A DNA stretch of 64,000 nucleotides. Origin: an uncultured Planctomycetota bacterium (GTDB taxonomy: Bacteria > Planctomycetota > Planctomycetia > Isosphaerales > Isosphaeraceae). The notes under the pieces were generated by a model that saw only the letters and a program-made list of their open reading frames with translations, did no database searches and was not told the origin of the DNA. Both the position numbers and the translations under genes were made by a program. Each line of letters begins with the position of its first letter. Position 1 is the first letter of the stretch. The stretch spans positions 1,248,001 through 1,312,000 of the forward strand of contig CAWGMQ010000005.1 of NCBI GenBank assembly GCA_963823665.1, read 5' to 3'. This document shows positions 41,810 to 52,700 of this stretch, in pieces.

Positions 41810-44800
41810 TCACTCTGGCTCGATCGACTTGCCTCCCTTGGAAATCGCGAAGGTCGTGGATTCGCCTAGTAGGCTGCCGGGGGCGCCGCCCAAGATTGTG
41901 AGCTGGCCCCCGGTCGGGAAGGTTTGCTTCCCGGCGAGCTTCAAGGTTGCTGAGTCGGTCGCCGGGGCGTAGGAGACGGTGAATTTCGCGATCGGATGGA
42001 GAGTCCGCTCGACCTTTTTCTTGACCCGCTTTGTAACAAACGCGTCGAGATGGTAATTGGCGGGGTTGTCCGCGCTCGCGGGATCGAGCGGGCCGCTGAA
42101 CTCGAAAGTGAAGCTCGTCAGGATGGGCTTGCCTGACGGCTTTCCTTTCTTGTTGGTCTTGCGCTGGAAGACCAGTTTTTCGTGGACGATGTATAGCGGC
42201 GGCGGCGCGACGACGACCAAGGTGCCGCCGACGGTGTTGGCCGCGTACGTCTGATCACCGGCGAAGTTGGCACCCACATCGCCTGCGTAAGTGCCAGCAT
42301 TGAAGCCAGCCAGGCTCACACCGGAGAGGGTCGCAACGCCGTTTGCGTCGGTCGTCGCCGTGCCGACAGTTGTGACCGCGCCACCCTCGTTCAGGGTGAA
42401 ATTGATCGCCTTGCCAGCGAGTGGCGAGCCGTTCGCGGTCAGGGTGGACATCAGTGTGGCGGTGCCTCCAGAGGTCCCAATGCCCGAGACGGCCGAGAGC
42501 ATCGTGCGCAGGCCCATCGAGAGGACATAGGTGAACTGGTCGGCTAATGACGTGGGCGACGTACCAACTGGCGTCAGCACGGTCACCGCCACCGTGCCCA
42601 CGCCCGCGGGGCTCGACACGATAATCTGTGAAACTGTGTCTTTGATGAAGTTGGTGACTTTCGCGGCGCCGAAGTCGACTGCCGTGGCACCGCCGAGGCT
42701 AGTACCAGTGATCGTCACCAGTGTGCCACCGGTGTTTGGTCCCATTGCCGGAGCGACGCTTGTGACGGTCGGAGGGTTGGACACAGCGACATAGCTGAAC
42801 TCATCGGCCGATGAAACGGACGAAGCACCCGCCGGTGTGACCACGATTACGTTCACGGTGCCGGTACCGGGGGGGCTCGAGAGCGTTATCTGCGAGGCCG
42901 TGTCGCTCATGAAGCTGGTAACCGGCGCCGAACCGAAGTCGACGACCGTGGCGCCCGCCAGGTTCGTGCCGGTGATTGTCACCGTTGTGCCGCCTACGGC
43001 CGGTCCCGAGTCCGGTCCGACTCCTTTCACGGCCGGAGGCGTGGACGGCGGCGTGGGAGACTGCGGTACGTCGGCGCCGATGTTCGCGCCATCCTTCCCG
43101 GCGCCGATGGCGGGGCTGCCGGGCAGCAAAGTAACAGTCTCCGTGGGTCCGCCATTATTGGATAGTGGTCCAAGCTCGGCGTTGATGATCTGGCCGCTCG
43201 TGGCCGAGCCGATCAAATTGCCGTGCATGCCGTTCTTGATCCCACTGAGTGGGTCGCCGTCGCCGATCAGGTTGAAACTGCTTTCCGGGTCGACCAGTCC
43301 GCTCGCGTCGCCCGGCGTGGAGCCACTGTTGCCGCCGCAGAAATTCCCCGAGATGAGCGTATCGGCCAGGAAAGCTCCGGGGGTCGAGAATCCCGATCCC
43401 AGTGGAGTCGGTTCGACGTCGAGGCCACCACCGGCTTGACCCGGGATTGATGTCGCAGCGGACGCCTTGTTTCCGGTGATCGTGCAATTGTTAGCGACCA
43501 GATGCGACAAGTAATCGCCGACACCGCCGCCATATGCGGCCGTATTGCCGTAAATTGTATTCCCAGTCAACGTCAGATAACCGTATTTCGCCCCGGACAC
43601 CTCTCCGGACGAGTAGCCTGCGTTCTGACCGTAGATAAAGCCCCCTGATCCGATCCCGCCGCCACTGCCACCGGAAGTGTTACCAGAAAGGGTGCTGCCG
43701 ATCAGGGTCATGTCGCCACCGCCGTAGGTTTCGATCCCACCGCCGCTCATCCTCGGGGCCGAGTTCCCCGAGATCGTGCAGTCGGTCAGGGTCATCACCC
43801 CGGCGAGGTTGAGGATTGCTCCTCCGCCGATATGACTCAGAGCCTCAGGGTCATCGGTCGTTAGCGATGCGGAGTTGTCGGTGAGAGACGAATCTGTCAG
43901 GGACATCTTGGCGATCTCCGCCGCGCCGTTCCCTCCGCCGCTCTCGTTGACGATGGCACCGCCGCCGTCCACCGCCGTGTTCCTGGAAAGCGTGCAGCCG
44001 GTCAACGTGATGGTATCCTTATTCGAGATTGCACCGCCCTCGTAGCTGGCCGTGTTTCCTGAAAGCGAGCTGTTGGTCAGCGTGACCTGGGAAGGCTTGC
44101 CCTGGTTATAGAGGCCGCCGCCGCTCCGAGACGAGTTTCCGGAGATCGCGCTGCCGGTCACCGACAGGGTGCCCCCAGAGTTGAAGATCCCGCCGCCGGT
44201 TGCCTGGGCCGTGTTCCCCAGGACGGTGGTGCCGGTCAGGGTCAGCGTGCCCGTGTTGTCGATGCCGCCGCCGTTGCCGGGCGCGGAGTTCCCCGAGACG
44301 ATGGTATCGATCAGCATCATTGTGCCCTTGTTCACGATCCCGCCGCCGCTGCCATCTGTCGAGTTATCGGAAACGGTGCTGCCGATCATCGTCAGCGTAC
44401 CCGCGTTGTACACGCCGCCGGGGCCGTCGAACCCCGTGTCGCCCGAGATGGTGCAATTGGTCAGGGTCAGCGTGCCCAAGTTGTCGAGGGTTCCCACGAA
44501 CTCGTTGTAGTTCCCCGCGATCGACAGCCCGGAGATCGACACTGTCGCGCCGGCATCGATCGTGAACGCACTGAACGGGAAGGAGGGGTCGTTCGATCCC
44601 TGGGGCAATCCGTCGATCGTTAAAGAGCCTCCGCTCGGTTCATCGATGGTGACATCCGCACTGAGATCCGGAAGATCGCTGGTCAACTGGATCGTGCCGG
44701 TCACGCCAAAGTCGATGATGCTGCCCGGGTTGGAATCGGCCTGGGTGATGGTATAGCGCAGGTCACCCGAGTCACCTGACCCAGTGCCCGTGTCACCAAG

Positions 44801-47800
44801 TGAGTTGACAGTGTAGGTGATTCCGGACGGCTGGTTGATCGTGAGGTTGCCGCTCGAGTTGCTGCTCGTGTCGCTCGAGTCGCCGGCGAAGCTCGCGCCC
44901 ACCGCACCGTCGTACGCGCCGGCAGTGAAACCATTCGGTATCGCGACGGTCAAGGACGCGACGCCCTTTGCATTGGTCGTCGCCGTGCTAAGTTGCGTGA
45001 GGTTGCCGTCCTCGTTCAGGGCGAATGCAATGGCCTCTCCGGCCAGCGGTGCGCCCTTCGCGGTGAGGAGGGTCGCGCTCAGTGTGATCGCACCCCCCAG
45101 GGTGCCTTTGCCGAAAACGGACGTCAGGGTCGTTGCCTGCTGTACTTCGATCGCGAATGTCGTCACCGCGATCTGGGGCGGGGTGCTGTTTTCGAGGGCG
45201 TCGATTGTGATCGGGTAATCGGCTGGGGTCTGGGAAGCCGGGACGGGCCAGGAAAATACTCCGGTCGTGGCGCCGATCGCCGCCCCCGTCGGCGCGCCGG
45301 CCGCGAGGCTGTAGAGCGTGACAGCGCCCGGGGTCGGGTCGGTCGCCGATGCCGTGACCGAGACCGTCGCCCCCTGTACGACCGTCTGATCGGGGATCGG
45401 AGAAAAGAGTGGTGGGCCGCCGGAGGCCGGGCTCACGGTCAAGGTGCCGCTGTCACTACTGGCCGCCGCGGTGGTGTCGCCGGCGAACGTCGCTTTGACG
45501 GCGCCCGAGAACATGCCGGCGTTGAACCCGGGGAGGCTTTCGATTTCAAGGCTCGCGATGCCATCCACGTTCGTCGTGGCTGAACCCACGGGCGTAGCGG
45601 TACCATTCTCCTCCAGGCTGAACGAGATTATCTGGCCGGTGAAGGGCACGTTCGAGCCGCTGGAGTTGGTGGACTGGAGAGTCGCCGTCAGGACGCCGAT
45701 GCCTCCTTGGATGCCGGTACCGGAAACGGCTGTCATGGTCGACTCTTGCTGGATATCGATCGTGAATGACGTCGCGGCGGTTTGCGTCGGGATGCTGTCG
45801 TCGACGGCGTCGATCGTGATCGGATAAATGCCGGGGACGCCCTGTGACGAGGAGACGGTCCACGAGAAGATCCCCGTGTCCGGGCCGATCGTCGGACCCA
45901 CCGGCCCGCCCGGCGCGATGCTATAGGTGACGATCGCGCCGGGGATCGTGTCCGTCGCGGAGGCCTTGACTGTCAGGGTGGTGGACTGGGGCCCGACGAA
46001 GGGTATGCCGGGCAGGAGCAGGATCGACTGATTGGGAATGGATTGTAGCGTCAGACCGTTGGTCGACAGCGGGTTGACAGTGAAGTCGCCGCTGGCGCTC
46101 GACGTCAGGTCGGCTGCGTCTCCTGCGAAAGTTGCACCGACGATGCCGGTGAACGTGCCGGTGGAGAAGCCCACGAGGCTTACATTGGGGAGTGTTGCGA
46201 CGCCGCTGGCGTCGGTGGTCGCTGTGCCGGCAGGAGTGGGAGTGCCGCCCTCGTTCACGGTGAACGCGACGGGCTTGCCGGGCACGGGCGAGCCGTTCGC
46301 GGTCAGAGTGGCGGCCAGGGTCGCATTTCCCCCGAAAGTCCCCACGCCGGAGATGGCGGAGAGGGTGGTGGCTTGCGGGACGACGATCGAGAACGAGCTC
46401 GTGCCGCTCAGAGGGGGGTCGCCGCTGTCCGTAACCAGCACGGTCACGGGGTAACTGCCGGGCGGTTCTGTAGCAGGGATGACCCAGCTCAGGACGCCTT
46501 TCACCGGATCGATGGTCACCCCGGACGGCGCGCCTGGCTCAAGCGTGTACGTCAGAGTCCGCCCTTGATACGAATCGTGCGCCGTAACAGGAACCAAGAG
46601 GGTTGTGCCGGCTGCGGCCGTTGGGTTTGGGACGGGGCTGAGGCTCACAGCCGAGTTCAGCTCGCTCACAGCCAGGTTATCGAGCTGGACCTTCGCCAAA
46701 TCACCGGATGGTGCAGTCAATTGAAACGTCACTTGCCCATTCTGTGACGCGAATCCCGCGAGCGGCACCGTGTAATAGCCGTTGGCGGAAAGGCTGGACA
46801 GATTGAAGGTGCCCAGAACGTTGTTGTTAAACAGCACCTGGAGTTGGTCGCCAGGGTCCGCGGAAAGCACCGACATGTTGAAGCCGACCGCCGCGGCCTG
46901 GGAATCGAGTTCAAGATACTGGCCGATCGAAGCATTTCCTCCGGAATTGGTCATTTGCGCTACGGTGTTGTTGCCGTTCTGAACGAGCTGAGCGTTGCCC
47001 GAGACGGTCCATTCCGAAGCCAGCATGGTCGCCGGGTTATCGACCAAGCCCTGCCAGAAGGCCACCAGCGGATCGCCGTTTGCGTTGATGTTCGCCGACT
47101 GCAACTCGTCCAAGAGTGACCCGATCGACTCGAAGGAGCCGTCATTGAAGTTGGCGAAATCCTCCGACGGCGTGGACGGCGCCGGGGCCGCGTCAGTCGT
47201 GACTGTATCGGAAACACCCGACGGGGACGGCGTGCCCATGCCGTTGATCAGATTGCCCTCGGTGGTGTTGAACAGATAAGGAGAATTAGGATTTCCATAT
47301 AATGTAGTAACATTAATATGATTTGAAATAGCGTTCGGATCGTCAGTCATGCCCGTGCCGGGGATTACAAGATCATCGAAACCATATGCCGCACGGTTTG
47401 GCGCCTTCCAATTCAGCGAATCCAGAACGAGCTGATCGAATTGGGGAAGCGCTTGGCTGATCCAGCCATCGATCCACTGAGGCAAGAGCGAACCCAGGCC
47501 CTGCTGAACCTCGTAATTGACTTTGTTTGTCGCGGTTGCCTCCGCGACAATGCTGTCGTACTCGAGGAGGCCGGACGGAGACGGCCAGTCGCTGGAATAG
47601 CCGTCGAGCGCGATGTAATCGTCGATCGTGTAGTTGTAAGGGGGAGACGAAAGGATCTGCGAAACCCGGGCATTGACGGCCGCGCCCCGGCTGTGGCCGA
47701 TCAGTTGGATGACCTGGCCGTACTGTGGAGCAGACAGGTAACCGTTCGCGGGGGACGTAATATCCGTCACAATATTCTGGGCTGCTTGCTCGGCGTTTGC

Positions 47801-49519
47801 GGCGGCCTGGACAAAGTAGGGACTGATAGATTGGAGCGCTAGCTGTCCCAAGTCCGAGCCCGGGGATACGACCTGAGCAACCTCGTAGACGCCGAGGGCG
47901 ATCAGCTCCTCGTAGAATCCGCTCCAAGAATTCCACTGCGTTACGTAGCTTTTCACCGAGCCCTGAAGGGGAGTGCCTGCAGGGAGAATCGTATCCAGAT
48001 CCGCGGCGATATTCTCGAACGGCGTAAGGAAGCTTGCGTCAATATCGAGCGACGGATCGAAGCCAGGGGTGATGACATTGACGACATAGGGGGGGCTCGC
48101 AATGGATTGGGCGGCCTTGGGGTCGCCGGCCGTGATGACGTTGTCGCTTGGGTCGGGGACGACCAGAAGGTACTTGGTCCCGGGCGGCATAGGATGGGTG
48201 ACATCCGAAGGCGCGAGGTGTCCCGAGTAGGGAGCCATCGATTCGCCTGTCGAGGTTGTCACCGGCGGAAAGGCCTGTGTGTCTTCGCTCTCGTCAAATA
48301 CCTGGGCAGGGGCCCAATAGAAACCGATTGTGGTAGCGCTCGGCAAGTTAGCGTCGCTGATCTGGTAACTGTAATCGACCCCGTTGTCTTTGGGGCTGAA
48401 CGCCAGGGAAGCGATCGAAATGTCCGGGAGCGCAAGGGCCGCCACCTTACTCGAGTCGGCCGGAGATATGATGTTGTCGGGATCAGCAACGACCAGCAGA
48501 TCATTCGCACCCGCTGGGGCAGACCCCAACTGTGCCTGGGTGGCGCTGAGATCGTAAGTTCCGGGCGCCGTCATGGTCGTTGTCGGCGGTACCGCATTGC
48601 CTAAGACCGAACCCAAAGTGGAGCCGCTCGCCCAATCGAGATCGACAGTCGTGGCATGCGGAAGCGCGGCGCCGATGATCGTGTAGCCGTACTCGAGACC
48701 ACCGTCGGTGCTATTCCAGGTTGGAGTTACTGGTGTGATCGCGTGAGGAATGCTGAGACTCAGCGAGAGGTCTGTCTTGTACCCGACGTTATTGAAGCCG
48801 TACGGGGCCTCACTCTTCGCCGAAACAACGTCAGTGAATCCCAGCGTGAACGAATCGCCAATCTTCGCCTGGAACGTCTCCGATCCGGGATCGGAGGCTC
48901 CGTCCTGAAGATCTTCATCGGATGCTTCCAGGACGTTCGAGGTCGTACCGTTGTAAGTGTAGTGAACGTCGTAGGTGACGGTCGCATCGGCATTCTGCTC
49001 GGCGAGTGCGTCGACCTGGAAGAGGGCGGAAAGCTGGACCGTCACTGGTTCGCCAGTGACCTCGGACGGGTCGGTCGGGACGATGTTGACAGTTACATCG
49101 CCGGGCGCCCCTCCGGTGGCGAGCCCTGCCCTCTGAGAGACGCTGTAGACTGTATTCGTGGTCATGCCGCCGTGCGAGACGATGTCCAGAGTGTTACTCG
49201 TTTGGTCGGAGGATGGAGTCGTCGTCAGGACGTTCTCGGAGTAATACAGATCGCCCTCTTGGTCGAGGTTGTTGTCGAAGGAGTCGGCCTGATTCACATC
49301 TGGGATTGAATTGTCCTGCGTCGTCGCAGATCCGCTCGATGGCGTAATCGCAACCTCGGAAGCCAAGGCGGCTGATTGAAACGAGAGGCCCGCCAGCAGT
49401 GTCCTGCGTTCCAGACTCTCTCCCATGCAAGGACGATATCTCAAACGACGCCTGCCGGCACGCGCGATCTCACGACTGGGTCGACCGGAAGCGGGCTTCC
49501 TCGATGAGCGCATCTTCAT
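41810..49519 (-). CDS. 2569-aa exported surface protein: LERRTLLA motif, alpha/beta-hydrolase, Ig/cadherin-like repeats, parallel beta-helix, two IPT/TIG, basic C-terminal domain
   Basis: GHSRG at 47684-47698, ALDG; repeated TATTDA.GVA Ig-like units; GGGI.N beta-helix repeats; LGPLSNNGGPTET..LLPGSPAI; GGT.VTITGT x2; RKTNKKGK tail. Confidence 0.9.
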   Translation of the reverse strand: MKMRSSRKPASGRPSREIARAGRRRLRYRPCMGESLERRTLLAGLSFQSAALASEVAITPSSGSATTQDNSIPDVNQADSFDNNLDQEGDLYYSENVLTTTPSSDQTSNTLDIVSHGGMTTNTVYSVSQRAGLATGGAPGDVTVNIVPTDPSEVTGEPVTVQLSALFQVDALAEQNADATVTYDVHYTYNGTTSNVLEASDEDLQDGASDPGSETFQAKIGDSFTLGFTDVVSAKSEAPYGFNNVGYKTDLSLSLSIPHAITPVTPTWNSTDGGLEYGYTIIGAALPHATTVDLDWASGSTLGSVLGNAVPPTTTMTAPGTYDLSATQAQLGSAPAGANDLLVVADPDNIISPADSSKVAALALPDISIASLAFSPKDNGVDYSYQISDANLPSATTIGFYWAPAQVFDESEDTQAFPPVTTSTGESMAPYSGHLAPSDVTHPMPPGTKYLLVVPDPSDNVITAGDPKAAQSIASPPYVVNVITPGFDPSLDIDASFLTPFENIAADLDTILPAGTPLQGSVKSYVTQWNSWSGFYEELIALGVYEVAQVVSPGSDLGQLALQSISPYFVQAAANAEQAAQNIVTDITSPANGYLSAPQYGQVIQLIGHSRGAAVNARVSQILSSPPYNYTIDDYIALDGYSSDWPSPSGLLEYDSIVAEATATNKVNYEVQQGLGSLLPQWIDGWISQALPQFDQLVLDSLNWKAPNRAAYGFDDLVIPGTGMTDDPNAISNHINVTTLYGNPNSPYLFNTTEGNLINGMGTPSPSGVSDTVTTDAAPAPSTPSEDFANFNDGSFESIGSLLDELQSANINANGDPLVAFWQGLVDNPATMLASEWTVSGNAQLVQNGNNTVAQMTNSGGNASIGQYLELDSQAAAVGFNMSVLSADPGDQLQVLFNNNVLGTFNLSSLSANGYYTVPLAGFASQNGQVTFQLTAPSGDLAKVQLDNLAVSELNSAVSLSPVPNPTAAAGTTLLVPVTAHDSYQGRTLTYTLEPGAPSGVTIDPVKGVLSWVIPATEPPGSYPVTVLVTDSGDPPLSGTSSFSIVVPQATTLSAISGVGTFGGNATLAATLTANGSPVPGKPVAFTVNEGGTPTPAGTATTDASGVATLPNVSLVGFSTGTFTGIVGATFAGDAADLTSSASGDFTVNPLSTNGLTLQSIPNQSILLLPGIPFVGPQSTTLTVKASATDTIPGAIVTYSIAPGGPVGPTIGPDTGIFSWTVSSSQGVPGIYPITIDAVDDSIPTQTAATSFTIDIQQESTMTAVSGTGIQGGIGVLTATLQSTNSSGSNVPFTGQIISFSLEENGTATPVGSATTNVDGIASLEIESLPGFNAGMFSGAVKATFAGDTTAAASSDSGTLTVSPASGGPPLFSPIPDQTVVQGATVSVTASATDPTPGAVTLYSLAAGAPTGAAIGATTGVFSWPVPASQTPADYPITIDALENSTPPQIAVTTFAIEVQQATTLTSVFGKGTLGGAITLSATLLTAKGAPLAGEAIAFALNEDGNLTQLSTATTNAKGVASLTVAIPNGFTAGAYDGAVGASFAGDSSDTSSNSSGNLTINQPSGITYTVNSLGDTGTGSGDSGDLRYTITQADSNPGSIIDFGVTGTIQLTSDLPDLSADVTIDEPSGGSLTIDGLPQGSNDPSFPFSAFTIDAGATVSISGLSIAGNYNEFVGTLDNLGTLTLTNCTISGDTGFDGPGGVYNAGTLTMIGSTVSDNSTDGSGGGIVNKGTMMLIDTIVSGNSAPGNGGGIDNTGTLTLTGTTVLGNTAQATGGGIFNSGGTLSVTGSAISGNSSRSGGGLYNQGKPSQVTLTNSSLSGNTASYEGGAISNKDTITLTGCTLSRNTAVDGGGAIVNESGGGNGAAEIAKMSLTDSSLTDNSASLTTDDPEALSHIGGGAILNLAGVMTLTDCTISGNSAPRMSGGGIETYGGGDMTLIGSTLSGNTSGGSGGGIGSGGFIYGQNAGYSSGEVSGAKYGYLTLTGNTIYGNTAAYGGGVGDYLSHLVANNCTITGNKASAATSIPGQAGGGLDVEPTPLGSGFSTPGAFLADTLISGNFCGGNSGSTPGDASGLVDPESSFNLIGDGDPLSGIKNGMHGNLIGSATSGQIINAELGPLSNNGGPTETVTLLPGSPAIGAGKDGANIGADVPQSPTPPSTPPAVKGVGPDSGPAVGGTTVTITGTNLAGATVVDFGSAPVTSFMSDTASQITLSSPPGTGTVNVIVVTPAGASSVSSADEFSYVAVSNPPTVTSVAPAMGPNTGGTLVTITGTSLGGATAVDFGAAKVTNFIKDTVSQIIVSSPAGVGTVAVTVLTPVGTSPTSLADQFTYVLSMGLRTMLSAVSGIGTSGGTATLMSTLTANGSPLAGKAINFTLNEGGAVTTVGTATTDANGVATLSGVSLAGFNAGTYAGDVGANFAGDQTYAANTVGGTLVVVAPPPLYIVHEKLVFQRKTNKKGKPSGKPILTSFTFEFSGPLDPASADNPANYHLDAFVTKRVKKKVERTLHPIAKFTVSYAPATDSATLKLAGKQTFPTGGQLTILGGAPGSLLGESTTFAISKGGKSIEPE

Positions 49520-49737
49520 GGATGCCTTTCTGGCTTCTTAGTCTGGATGTGTTAGAGCGCACACCATTGGTGCGGTTCGAACGGTTAACGTCGGTCTTTG
49601 CTGATATGTCCGCGGCCACGCGCGGCCCGCATCCTGTCCTGTGACCTGGCGCTCCTGCAGTAGCTGATGCTCGATCGAGACGCCCGCGCGACGTCTCCCT
49701 CCCTTGAGCCAGACGATGCCGTTTGCCGAACTGCACG

Positions 49738-52700
49738 CTAGCGATAAGTATTCTTCCGAACTTTCCTGGGCCGGTCGGGAACAGGGCATACGGCGCGGTC
49801 CGGTTGGGCGTGAGCGGCTCGGTTCTTTGTCACGGGGGAGGCCGGCCAAAGGACGACCTCAGGATACGGTTCGCCTCCGTACCCGGCCAGGTACGAGCCG
49901 TCGGGAGCGAATTGCAATTTGAGGTCAGGAGCGGCGTCTTCGTCGATGACTCCCAGCTCCTGGCGCGTGGCGACATCCCACAACCTGACGGTTCGATCGA
50001 GGCTGGTGGATGCCAACGTGGTCCCATCCTCAGATAAGGCGAGGCTCGTCACTTTCTCGCTATGGCCAAGGAGAGTTGCCTCGTGCTCGAGGCTGCGAAC
50101 GTCACTGAGTTTGATCATCCCGTTGCCCTCTCCCGTGGCCATCATCCGGCCGTCGGCGGAAAGAGCCAGGCCTTGAAGTTCGACGCACCCGACGATCCTC
50201 GACGCCGGGAAGCCCGCAGCCATCAAGTTGACGCGGAATAGGCCGTTGGAATTGTGGAAGAGGATGCCGTCGCCACCGACTAGAAATCGCACGCGGTTGA
50301 AATCGTGCGACGGAAATTCCCGTACGACTTCGCTCTCCGTGTCCCAGAGGACCGCGCTCGGATCGATTGTTCTCGTGACCGCGAGGAATCTCCCATCTTG
50401 AGAGAACGCGACATCTCCCCACCCCACCCGAGGGGGACCCGCGTAGACGACACCACTGACGGCGAGGCTCTTGAGAGGGTAACCATCCTCGGCGTCACGG
50501 AGCGTCACCATCTGGTTTCCGTCGACGGTGACCAATCTCTTGCCATCGGGCGAGAGGGCGCCGTGGAAGATGCCTCCTGGTGCGCGAATACGACGTTGAT
50601 GGACGACTTCTCGTCCATCAGGATCCAACACGGTCACTATTCCATCCGTGTTGTCCACGGAGAAGACGGTGACCCTTTCACCTGCGCCCGGGTAGGCCAT
50701 CGATCGAATCGAGATTCCGGGGATCGGGATCGAGACCATTCCGTGGCCCGTCGAGAGATCGGTCAGTTCAATCCGGCCGCTCTCGGTGGAAAACGCCAAA
50801 GTATGGCCATCCGATGAGAAGGCGACACACCAGACCCTAGAGCGAGGGCCGCTCCAGATCTTTCGGAAGCGGCCCGTGGCAAGATCCCATAAGCGGACCG
50901 TCCCATCCCCGCCGCATGAAGCCAGAAGCCGGTCGTCGGGAGAGAAAGCAACTCGCTCCAATCCCGCGGTGTGGCCACTGAGGCTGGCCTTAAGCCGGCC
51001 ACTGACTGTATCCCAGACGCGAATCATGCTTTCGACGTCCGCAGTCGCCACGGTAAGACCGTCGTGGCTCAGTGACATGCTCTGGATCCGGGCAAGACCT
51101 GGGAGGCTGAGCTTTTCTCGAAGCGTGGCAAGATCCCAGAGCCTGACCGAATGGTCCCAACCCGCTGTGAGCAGCGTCCGGCCATCGCGAGAAAGGGCTA
51201 ACGCCTCGATCTCGCCGGGCGTGGGAAGCGAAGCCTGCTCTCGAGCCGAAGGAATGTCCCAGATCTTCACCTGCTTGTCCCTGGCGCCGGAGATCAGCCG
51301 ACGGCCATCGGGCGTGAAGAGGACGCAGTTCACCCAATCGGCGTGCTTTCCGAGAGTGGTTCGAGGTTTGTCGCTGTCTACATCCCAGAGCCTGACCGTG
51401 CCGTCGTCCCCCCCGGTGGCCAGCGAGCGGCCATCCGGGGAGAACACAACGTAATTGACGTCACCATCGTGACCACGGAGGATCCGCTCGAGTTGCCCGG
51501 TGGCCGCGTTCCAGAGCCGAACTGTGCCGTCTTGGCCGCACGAGGCCAGCGTGCGGCCATCGGGAGAGAACTCGACGTGGTAGACCTCGCCGACATGCCC
51601 CGGAAACGTCCTGGGTTGCAATTGGCTGAGTCGCGTCAGGTAATACCAGGGAAAGCCGCGATTGTCCGTCTGGCCCGGAGCCGGAAGATGGCGATCGAGC
51701 AGGCGAGCGGCCCCAGGAAGGTCGTCGTGGCGGATGAGGTGAAACGCCTGGCGGAGATTGTGGACATATTCAGCCTGTCGCTTGCCGCGATTGAGTCGCT
51801 CATTACTCCGCGTCAGCGTCGCGACAATCGTCGCGGAGACCAGGGCGAGGATTGCCACGACCAAGATTGAGGCGACCAAACCCCTGTGCCGCCGCGCCCA
51901 TTTCTCGGCGCGTTTCCACGGGCTCGGGCGCCGGGCCAGAATCGGGCGATGATCGATGAATCGCCGTAGGTCATCGGCCAGTTTCTGCGCGGTGGCGTAA
52001 CGGTTTGCGACGTCCCGCGCCAGCGCCTTGAGCACGATCGTCTCAAGGTCGCGCGGGATGGCCGGATTATGAGCCCGCGGCGCCTTGGGTTCGCCGAAGG
52101 CGATTCGGTGGAGCAGCTCGGCGCGATCGCGGCCGTCATGGGCGGGATGCAGGGTCAAGAGCTCGTAGAGCGTCGCGCCCAGCGAATAGACATCGGCGCG
52201 GTGATCGACGATCCCGCGCCGGGCCGCCGACTGCTCGGGACTCATGTAACGCAACGTTCCGAGCACGTCACCGGTCATCGTCAGGCCGCTGTCGGCCTGC
52301 ATCCGAGCGAGGCCAAAGTCCGTGATCCACAGGTTGCCGCGGACGTCGACCAGGAGGTTCGCTGGCTTGATGTCGCGGTGAATAGTCCCCAGGCGATGCG
52401 CATGATCGAGGGCCTCGGCGGCTTGGAGACCCAGGTTGGCGATGGTGCGGAAGTAGGCGGGGTTGCGGGCAGGTGCGCTCCTGGACGAACGGCCTGTCAC
52501 CGACCACTCGTGTACCCTCTGCCCAGTGGTGCGACGAGACGGATTCCCACGAGCGCGGCTTTCGCCAGCCGGCTCCTCGGCCGAGTCAAGGGCCGGGGCT
52601 GGATCCAGTCGGCCTGAGACGAACTCCTGGGCCAGCGAGACGCCGGCGACCGTCGGCGCGTCGGCCGGCTCCGCCCCGAGGCCCGAGATCTGGCGCAGGT

